Assembly (NCBI RefSeq): GCF_008000775.2
Contig: NZ_CP042905.2
Span: 3,780,001 to 3,812,000 of the forward strand
DNA: 32,000 bases
Reading direction: 5' to 3'
Source: Promethearchaeum syntrophicum
Lineage (GTDB): Archaea > Asgardarchaeota > Lokiarchaeia > Sigyniarchaeales > Promethearchaeaceae
Part shown: one piece after another, positions 25,818-32,000 of the stretch
Numbering within the stretch: position 1 is the stretch's first letter
Layout of the letters: each line of letters opens with the position of its first letter
Program-made: the position numbers and the translations under genes
Notes under the pieces: model-generated
What the model was told of the DNA's origin: nothing
The model's database searches: none
The model's input: the letters and a program-made list of their open reading frames with translations, nothing else

Positions 25818-27080
25818 CTATTCTTTTACTTCTTCTTGAATGGTTTCTAGCGTTTTACTTTTGGTTTCGTATTTATTCCAAATGAAACTTAAAAGAGGAA
25901 GTAAAATAATTACTGCTGCTACCACATAATACATTTGGAATGTTCCTAATGTAGCTGCTGATGCCACATCTGGTAATAATGCAGTCCCCAATAAAGGTCC
26001 TACAACATAGCCAATTCGAGAAAGTGTTAAGGCAAGACCTAACCCAGTAGCTCTTATTTTAGTTGCAAACATTTCGGTAATATATACTAATAAAAAGCCC
26101 AAAAAGCTTGCCATGAAGAAGTATGTTAAAATCAAGAAAACTGGTGAATACACAAATGCAAGTCCCAGTATACTGATTGCTGCACCTAAACTACAATAAA
26201 TTAAAGCGAAAATTCTTCCGAGTTTTTCCATTATAATACCTATGGTTAAGGCACCCAAAATTGTTGATAGACCAGCGAATGTGTAAGATGAAGTCCAAGT
26301 TTCGGCATCTAATCCAATTACATCTTGAAAATAAATTGATACAGTAGTTGTCATCATTTTAAAAGATGTATTCCAGAAAATATAGATCGCTCCTGAAATA
26401 ATAACAAATAACCAATCTCTCTTATTTAATAGTTTCACGCTTTCTTTGTAATTTCCCATTCGGGTCTTTAGATCTGCACGATCTGTTTCCCATCTTTTGG
26501 TTTCTTTCATAAAGAACCACATAACGAGTATTACCAATCCAAAAATACCAAATAATCCATACATCCAAGTCCACCCTAAATTTTCTGCAATAGGTATTCC
26601 AATTACCGCATAGAGAGGAATTAGTCCAATCAAAAATGCCACACTGCCATTAATTGCTCTGTTTTTTGCAGGGGATTCTTCAGAAATAGGAATGGTCCAG
26701 AGATTTACGTTTGTTCCTAAGATAAGGATTGCATAAAGAATAAAGAAAATCCAAACTGAAATATCACCAATCAAACCAATAAGTAATGCACTAACACTCA
26801 TTACTAATACTAAGATAAGAATCCCAATTTTGCGTCCCCATAGGTCTGCAAACCAGCTTAAAATGAACACTAAAAATGCGGCAATTCCAAAAATGCCTTG
26901 CCATAAAGTAAATTCAGGTAAGGTCATTCCGAATTCGGCAATGATATAGCCTACTGCATCTGTTTCAATTAAAGATAAATAATTATCAAGAAGTGCAATA
27001 AGCCCCATAAAAATGATCAAAAATGACATATAACCTTTTGATCTCATACGATCTTCGGCCATGGTATTTATTCTGACCAT
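25818..27080 (-). CDS. MFS transporter
   Basis: 420 aa with about 12 hydrophobic segments. MFS motif A-like FADLWGRKIG lies after TM2, and a central cytoplasmic loop contains KETKRWE. Confidence 0.8.
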   Translation of the reverse strand: MVRINTMAEDRMRSKGYMSFLIIFMGLIALLDNYLSLIETDAVGYIIAEFGMTLPEFTLWQGIFGIAAFLVFILSWFADLWGRKIGILILVLVMSVSALLIGLIGDISVWIFFILYAILILGTNVNLWTIPISEESPAKNRAINGSVAFLIGLIPLYAVIGIPIAENLGWTWMYGLFGIFGLVILVMWFFMKETKRWETDRADLKTRMGNYKESVKLLNKRDWLFVIISGAIYIFWNTSFKMMTTTVSIYFQDVIGLDAETWTSSYTFAGLSTILGALTIGIIMEKLGRIFALIYCSLGAAISILGLAFVYSPVFLILTYFFMASFLGFLLVYITEMFATKIRATGLGLALTLSRIGYVVGPLLGTALLPDVASAATLGTFQMYYVVAAVIILLPLLSFIWNKYETKSKTLETIQEEVKE

Positions 27081-27139
27081 TTTATATATAAGACTATCTT
27101 TATTTAAATCAAAATATATCTATACAAAAAACATTAATT

Positions 27140-27625
27140 TTAGTTGTGGACGGAACAACCTTTCATTCCATTTTTTTCAAAATACTTCTGGTGATATTCT
27201 TCAGCAGGATAGAATTGAGTAGCTGCAACGATTTGAGTGACTATTGGTTTGGAATATAAATCAGTCTTCTCAATCGAATTCATTACTGATTTCGCCATTT
27301 CTGATTGTTCTTGAGTATGATAAAAAATCGCAGATCTATATTGGCTCCCTACATCAACACCTTGTCGATTCGGGGTTGTGGGATCATGATTCTTGAAAAA
27401 TGCATAAAGTAATTCTTCGTATGAAATAATACTTGGATCAAATATGATATCTACAGCTTCAGCATGGCCTGTATTTCTGGTACATACTTGTTGATAAGTA
27501 GGGCTCTTGGTTGTTCCACCAGTATAGCCTACTTCGGTTTTTACGACTCCTTTAATATTACTAAACATATATTCTACTCCCCAGAAACATCCTGCTGCAA
27601 AAGTAGCTTTTTCTTCTCTTGTCAT
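27140..27625 (-). CDS. msrA: Peptide methionine-(S)-sulfoxide reductase
   Basis: The ATFAAGCFWGVE active-site motif and the GHAEAV and YHQ(K)Y blocks are present. Confidence 0.93.
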   Translation of the reverse strand: MTREEKATFAAGCFWGVEYMFSNIKGVVKTEVGYTGGTTKSPTYQQVCTRNTGHAEAVDIIFDPSIISYEELLYAFFKNHDPTTPNRQGVDVGSQYRSAIFYHTQEQSEMAKSVMNSIEKTDLYSKPIVTQIVAATQFYPAEEYHQKYFEKNGMKGCSVHN

Positions 27626-27707
27626 TATACTAATAGGTATTTAAAAATTCAAAAATAATTGCCAAATCTTTCATAATTCAAATTAAGATTTAACTTATAA
27701 TTATTTT

Positions 27708-28172
27708 TCACAGAGTTTCAGGGTTTACTTCAAAAACAACAACCCATCTATTACCCGGATATCTTTCTAAACAAACAATTCCAGAATATTTGAATTTAAT
27801 ATCTGCTTTAGATTCATCTTTGGATATTAAAAAATTGCATAATTTTTGTAGGTGAGGTAAATGTCCTATTAACATAATGTTGTCATCTATATCTGATATT
27901 AAACCAGCCCACAAATGAATTGAATCTAAGGGGTTTAACCCTTTTGCAAATTCCAAACCATCAGAGGGCTCTAAATACTCATTAAAAATTACTGCCGTTT
28001 CTTTTGCCCGTTTTTTTCCGCTATGGTAAATTTTTCGGACTTCAATTGGGATATGTTTCGCAAAATCTGCGATTTTTCTAGTGATAATATATCCTTCCTC
28101 AGTAATGCCTCGCTCTGGATCTTCTTCTTTACTTTTTGCTAGTGCATGTTGAATCAAGAAAAGCTTCATCAT
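27708..28172 (-). CDS. SixA-like histidine-phosphatase-superfamily protein (RHG motif replaced by QHA)
   Basis: Collinear with SixA: LFLIQHALA (cf. FIMRHGDA), RGITEEG, SGKKRAKET, IMLIGHLPHL. Start set to the ATG pair at 28172/28169 (MMKLFLIQH); the tracked ORF starts at a GTG at 28223. Confidence 0.7.
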   Translation of the reverse strand: MMKLFLIQHALAKSKEEDPERGITEEGYIITRKIADFAKHIPIEVRKIYHSGKKRAKETAVIFNEYLEPSDGLEFAKGLNPLDSIHLWAGLISDIDDNIMLIGHLPHLQKLCNFLISKDESKADIKFKYSGIVCLERYPGNRWVVVFEVNPETL

Positions 28173-28237
28173 TTTTAATATATTATGACCATATAGATAA
28201 ATGCTCTTAAAAGCGATATGCACTTTTATTGAGTGAT

Positions 28238-28771
28238 ATGGAATTTTTTGGCGAGGAAAAAGCGGAATATTTGAAATTTTTTGATTTCTATAAAAAGAAA
28301 TTCAAGGAAGAAGTTGGCTTAGTCCCCAGTGTATTTGAAAATGATGATTTCGAAGTAGATCTGGTAGTTGGTGAAGATTCTGGGAAAATATACGGAACTC
28401 GTGTTATGCAAATCATCCCTTATGAGAGAGAAGAGGGTGATGAAGATGCAGATGAAGGGAAAGTTGATGTAGATGAGGAAGAAGCTGAGGAAGAAGAGGA
28501 AGAAATCGAAATGATTTGCTATGATTTCGCTAGAACTGAATCACCTTTAACTGCACTCGAAGGAGAACCATACTTTGATTTGAATTTTAAACCAAAAAAG
28601 AAAGGGAAAAAGAAAAAAAAGAAAACCGATGATGATATCTCTCTACCTTTAAAAATTCAAATATATTCAAGGAATGAGAAGGATAAAGTGATTCTTACAG
28701 GAGCTGTTATGATTAATAGCGAAGATCCAGAGGATATTACTGTATTATTGGAAAATGAAGAACTTGGATAG
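28238..28771 (+). CDS. Hypothetical protein with poly-acidic and poly-basic blocks
   Basis: The ORF contains EEGDEDADEGKVDVDEEEAEEEEEEIE, followed about 40 aa later by KPKKKGKKKKKKTDDD. Start taken as the ATG at 28238; the tracked ORF starts at a TTG at 28229. Confidence 0.5.
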   Translation: MEFFGEEKAEYLKFFDFYKKKFKEEVGLVPSVFENDDFEVDLVVGEDSGKIYGTRVMQIIPYEREEGDEDADEGKVDVDEEEAEEEEEEIEMICYDFARTESPLTALEGEPYFDLNFKPKKKGKKKKKKTDDDISLPLKIQIYSRNEKDKVILTGAVMINSEDPEDITVLLENEELG

Positions 28772-28879
28772 AGCTAATTTGAATTTACCCTAAATATACA
28801 TAGAATTATTTAATTTTATCTCATGATTTATTTCAATAACAAAAGTTTTTTTTTCCTTCCGTTTATTATCTTTTTTATC

Positions 28880-29425
28880 ATGCCCTTTGAAAATTGGAAA
28901 GAAGATCTTGAAATGAATCGTACATCCAAAGATTATTTTTTTGCTCAAAACCTACAAAGTCCAATCCCCATGGATGAAAGGGAAAATTTTGATGGGTTAA
29001 AATACTATCCTCCGGATCCTACATTTTATTTTGAATTAGATTTCCATGAACATGCAAAAAAAGAATCAATTCAAATTCAAGATACTAAAGAGAATATGCG
29101 AACTTTGATAAGATGGGGGAAATTTATATTCAAAATCGATGGCAAAGAATATATACTTCAAGCATATAAAAGCGATCCAAATGAAAAACACTTTTTTGTT
29201 CCGTTCCGCGATGCAACAAGTGGAAAAGAAACCTATGGAGCCGGAAAATATTTGGATCTCGATGAAAAAAACAGTAAAAACGGTATGGGAAAATGGATTT
29301 TGGATTTTAATTTAGCATATAATCCCTTTTGTGCATATAATGAAGATTATGCATGTCCTTTTGTTACTCCAGAAAATTGGTTGAAAGTTCCCATTTTAGC
29401 TGGAGAAAAAAAATATCATGATTAA
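28880..29425 (+). CDS. DUF1684-domain protein
   Basis: FDGLKYYPPDPTFYF, TYGAGKYLDL and DFNLAYNPFCAYNEDYACPFVTPENWLKVPILAGEKKY match the conserved blocks of DUF1684. Start moved to the ATG at 28880. Confidence 0.8.
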   Translation: MPFENWKEDLEMNRTSKDYFFAQNLQSPIPMDERENFDGLKYYPPDPTFYFELDFHEHAKKESIQIQDTKENMRTLIRWGKFIFKIDGKEYILQAYKSDPNEKHFFVPFRDATSGKETYGAGKYLDLDEKNSKNGMGKWILDFNLAYNPFCAYNEDYACPFVTPENWLKVPILAGEKKYHD

Positions 29426-30189
29426 TTTCTTTTATAAAATGAGAATTGATATAATTTTTTATAGCCAATTTTCTCATAAGTATGCACAGCAGGTGTATTA
29501 TCTGCTCGAACATGAATTAATCCTAATGGCACATGTTTAAATAATTCTTGAACTGCGTAAGAAACTAATACTGTAGCTAAACCTTGGTTTCGAAAATTAG
29601 GATCAGTTGCAACAGTAGATACAATTCCAATTTCATCCCCAATCCAAATTTGAGAAAAGGAAACAATTTGATTTGATCGTTTTATTCCGAACCATTTGTG
29701 AGTTTCACTGAATACCAATTCATTCCCCTTGACCTTACCCCAAAATTCAGGATCTGCTTTTCTAAAAAGAGAAGCAATTTCTTCTCTGTCGGATTCCTCC
29801 AAAATTTCAGGTTCAAGATTATTTGATATCAGATTTTCTCCCGGATAGATAACCATTCGATTTAAAAGAATTTCTTTTTTATTTTCTTTATCTTTTAAAT
29901 TCAAAAATTCTTTATGTGAGTTTAAAACCGTGATATCCATAGTGAGCATATCTACTTGGTTTATCAAGTTCTTTACTGCTTCATCGCTGCCTCGTATTTG
30001 AATGTTCTTCTCTTTATAATTTAGAAGCATTCCCTTTATTTTCTCATCTTCACCAAATGCCATCCAAATTTTTGTTGAGTCTGGATCCTGTTTATAATCC
30101 ATAATAAAAAAGAAATATTCTTCTATACGTTCTCCAACAAAATCCCAAAAAATAGGTTCAGTTGTGGAATCAAGTAGGATGATTTTCAT
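29422..30189 (-). CDS. GNAT-family N-acetyltransferase with uncharacterised N-terminal domain, paralog 1
   Basis: 255 aa. The C-terminal GNAT core is VATDPNFRNQGLATVLV (motif A, R/Q-x-x-G-x-A) plus NTPAVHTYEKIGYK. The N-terminal roughly 150 aa belong to no family I recognise. Confidence 0.8.
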   Translation of the reverse strand: MKIILLDSTTEPIFWDFVGERIEEYFFFIMDYKQDPDSTKIWMAFGEDEKIKGMLLNYKEKNIQIRGSDEAVKNLINQVDMLTMDITVLNSHKEFLNLKDKENKKEILLNRMVIYPGENLISNNLEPEILEESDREEIASLFRKADPEFWGKVKGNELVFSETHKWFGIKRSNQIVSFSQIWIGDEIGIVSTVATDPNFRNQGLATVLVSYAVQELFKHVPLGLIHVRADNTPAVHTYEKIGYKKLYQFSFYKRN

Positions 30190-30305
30190 ATGAATCTTTA
30201 CAAGTAGTTTTGATTCAAAAAACTTATGAACTTTAAAAATTCATTTTATCAAATTTGATATAATCTGTAATTCTCCTCAAGATGTCAGGTTATCTGTAGG
30301 ATAAG

Positions 30306-31076
30306 TTATTTCTTCGTTTTATATTCAGAATACTGAAATATTTTTTTATATCCGATTTTCTCATAAATATGGACAGCAGGGCTATTTTCTGCGCGAACAT
30401 GAATTAATCCTAAAGTTGTATGTTTAAACAATTCTTGAACAGAACGTGAAACCAGTGATGTGGCTAATCCTTGGTTTTGAAAATCAGGATCCGTGGCCAC
30501 AGTAGGAATTATTCCTATTTCTTCTCCAATCCATATATTTGCAAATGAAACAATTCTATCTTCACGTTTTATACCGAACCATATATGATTTTCATCAAGT
30601 TCCACATCCTTTCCTTGAACATGACTCCAAAATATTGGATCAGCTTTTCTATAAAGAGCAGCGATTTCTTCTCTATCAGATTCATGCAAAATTTCTGATA
30701 CATGTTCATTTATCATTAAATTCTCACCCAAATGAATGACCATTCGATTAATAAGAACTTCTTTTTTGTGTTCTTTATCTGCAGGGCTCAATAATTCTTT
30801 TTGGGTATTTATAACTGTTATTTCAGGAGTTCTAATATCCACATAATCTGCCAATTCCTTTACAGCTTCATTACTCCCACGGATATGAACATTTTTATTT
30901 TTATAATTTAGAAGCATTCCTTGTATTCCCCCAACATCATCAAACGCTATCCAAATTCTTGTTACATTGGGATTCTGTTTATAATCCATAATAAAAAAGA
31001 AATATTCTTCAATACGTTCTTCAACAAACCTCCAAAAAATTGGTTCTATTGTTGAATCAAGTAAGATAATTTTCAT
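30306..31076 (-). CDS. GNAT-family N-acetyltransferase with uncharacterised N-terminal domain, paralog 2
   Basis: 256 aa, collinear with 29422-30189 and highly similar. Motif A is VATDPDFQNQGLATSLV. Confidence 0.8.
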   Translation of the reverse strand: MKIILLDSTIEPIFWRFVEERIEEYFFFIMDYKQNPNVTRIWIAFDDVGGIQGMLLNYKNKNVHIRGSNEAVKELADYVDIRTPEITVINTQKELLSPADKEHKKEVLINRMVIHLGENLMINEHVSEILHESDREEIAALYRKADPIFWSHVQGKDVELDENHIWFGIKREDRIVSFANIWIGEEIGIIPTVATDPDFQNQGLATSLVSRSVQELFKHTTLGLIHVRAENSPAVHIYEKIGYKKIFQYSEYKTKK

Positions 31077-31235
31077 ATGGATTTTTAAAAGTTGATTTTA
31101 TTCATAAAATTTTGTGAAGATTCACTGCCCATGATTCGTAGATGATATCACGATGATGAACTTGTATTATTGCATTTCTTTATCCCAAATAATCTTACTT
31201 TTGATAACGATTAATTTTATTAAACGTGAGAAAAA

Positions 31236-31697
31236 ATGAGCGCTTTCAAAGCAGTTTTGGTAGGAGAAGCAGGTGTCGGCAAGTCAACATTATCTCGCAT
31301 GTTGAGATGTAAACCAGTTGCAGCTTTTAGAAGGACACCTACAATTGGTGTAAACATCGAACAGGTTAAAACTGATAACGGCAATATGTGTCTATGGGAT
31401 CTTGGTGGTCAAAGACGTTTTCAATTTATGTGGAATGAATTTATGCGAGGATCAGAATTAACAATTTTAGTAACTGATAGCAGTGCAGCTAATGTTATGA
31501 TGACCAAGGACATAATTGAGCGACATATGAATAATTCAGCCGCAAAGATCATCGCAATTGCAAATAAGCAAGATCTTAAAGGACGAATGAAACCCGATGA
31601 AATCGAGGCAGCATTGGGCGTTCCAACATTTGGAATGGTTGGAATCGAGTCGTCAAATGAAAAGAAATTAAAGAAGATAATTGAAAAGAGTCTTTAG
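31236..31697 (+). CDS. Arf/Arl-like small GTPase, minimal form
   Basis: G1 GEAGVGKST; Arf-type switch I PTIGVNIE; interswitch/G3 WDLGGQRRFQFMW; G4 ANKQDL. It is only 153 aa and G1 begins at residue 9, so there is no room for an Arf N-terminal amphipathic helix. Confidence 0.85.
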   Translation: MSAFKAVLVGEAGVGKSTLSRMLRCKPVAAFRRTPTIGVNIEQVKTDNGNMCLWDLGGQRRFQFMWNEFMRGSELTILVTDSSAANVMMTKDIIERHMNNSAAKIIAIANKQDLKGRMKPDEIEAALGVPTFGMVGIESSNEKKLKKIIEKSL

Positions 31698-32000
31698 AAT
31701 TAAAATTTTTTTCTATTTTATTAAATCACAATACTTCTATTCAGTAAATGTCATTCCAAAGCATTATTTCTTTAGAGAAATGGAACCTGTGAGAAATTAT
31801 AATGAATGATTATTGGAAATATTCATACAAAATGGGAATATTTTTTATTAATATATAAATAAATAAAAAAAAATCTTTTTATAATAATTATGCAAAATGT
31901 ATACTAAGGTTTCATTTTCAGTTTTGAACTTGGAATCCTAAGTTATTTAATGGTGAATTAATTGAAAAAAAAAATTTTAGTCGTATTTTTAGTTACTTCT

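Larger units (their letters stand above)
29422..31115 (-). repeat. Tandem duplication of a roughly 0.88-kb GNAT gene unit
   Basis: The stops are 884 nt apart and the starts 887 nt apart. The identical 36-mer ctgtttataatccataataaaaaagaaatattcttc occurs at 30088-30123 and 30975-31010, at the same offset from each start. About 36 nt upstream of each ATG also align (roughly three quarters identical by eye). Confidence 0.85.

Noticed and set aside
24729-30739. ORFs 24729-24911 (-), 25005-25295 (-), 25425-25745 (-), 27464-27658 (+) and 30539-30739 (+)
   Set aside because: They are antisense shadows of the oxidoreductase, msrA and GNAT genes.
31141-31235. C/D-box sRNA candidate from the atgatga (C-box-like) sequence at about 31153-31159, and a similar ttgatga at about 21507
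   Set aside because: No downstream CUGA D box or terminal stem lies at an appropriate distance on either strand.
1-32000. Search for CRISPR arrays, tRNA/rRNA genes, transposases/integrases, and inverted terminal repeats around the tandem duplications
   Set aside because: I found no regularly spaced direct repeats. No GC-rich structured island of tRNA size stands out against the AT-rich background. There are no DDE, tyrosine or serine recombinase motifs. The two duplications are simple head-to-tail gene copies without flanking IRs.

Overview
The window is very AT-rich, gene-dense (about 34 credible CDSs) and looks like archaeal chromosome. Archaeal housekeeping genes are present: proteasome beta subunit, RFC small subunit, archaeal-type GluRS, TruA and MsrA. 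Two eukaryote-like small GTPases (one Rab/Ras-like, one Arf-like) sit alongside them. That combination suggests an Asgard (Lokiarchaeia-like) genome; this is inference from gene content only. I saw no rRNA, tRNA, CRISPR array, transposase or integrase. The most interesting part is 13.2-22.6 kb. It holds seven consecutive genes whose families are normally tied to fatty-acyl or amino-sugar glycolipid chemistry: two tandem LpxL/HtrB/PatA-like acyltransferase paralogs, a 7-TM protein, an LpxH/YbbF-like metallophosphoesterase, an alpha/beta-hydrolase fused to an acyl-CoA synthetase, a PIG-L/LmbE de-N-acetylase and an extended-SDR epimerase. I propose this as a candidate acylated-glycolipid module, which would be unusual for an archaeon. 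Other points of note are a second tandem duplication (two GNAT-domain paralogs sharing an identical 36-nt tract), an orphan NurA-like nuclease co-directional with the Rab-like GTPase and an Lrp-type regulator, non-canonical catalytic motifs in the Rab-like GTPase and a SixA-like phosphatase, and several proteins with extreme charge blocks. All family calls rest on motif recognition by eye. No database search, HMM scan or structure prediction was possible.
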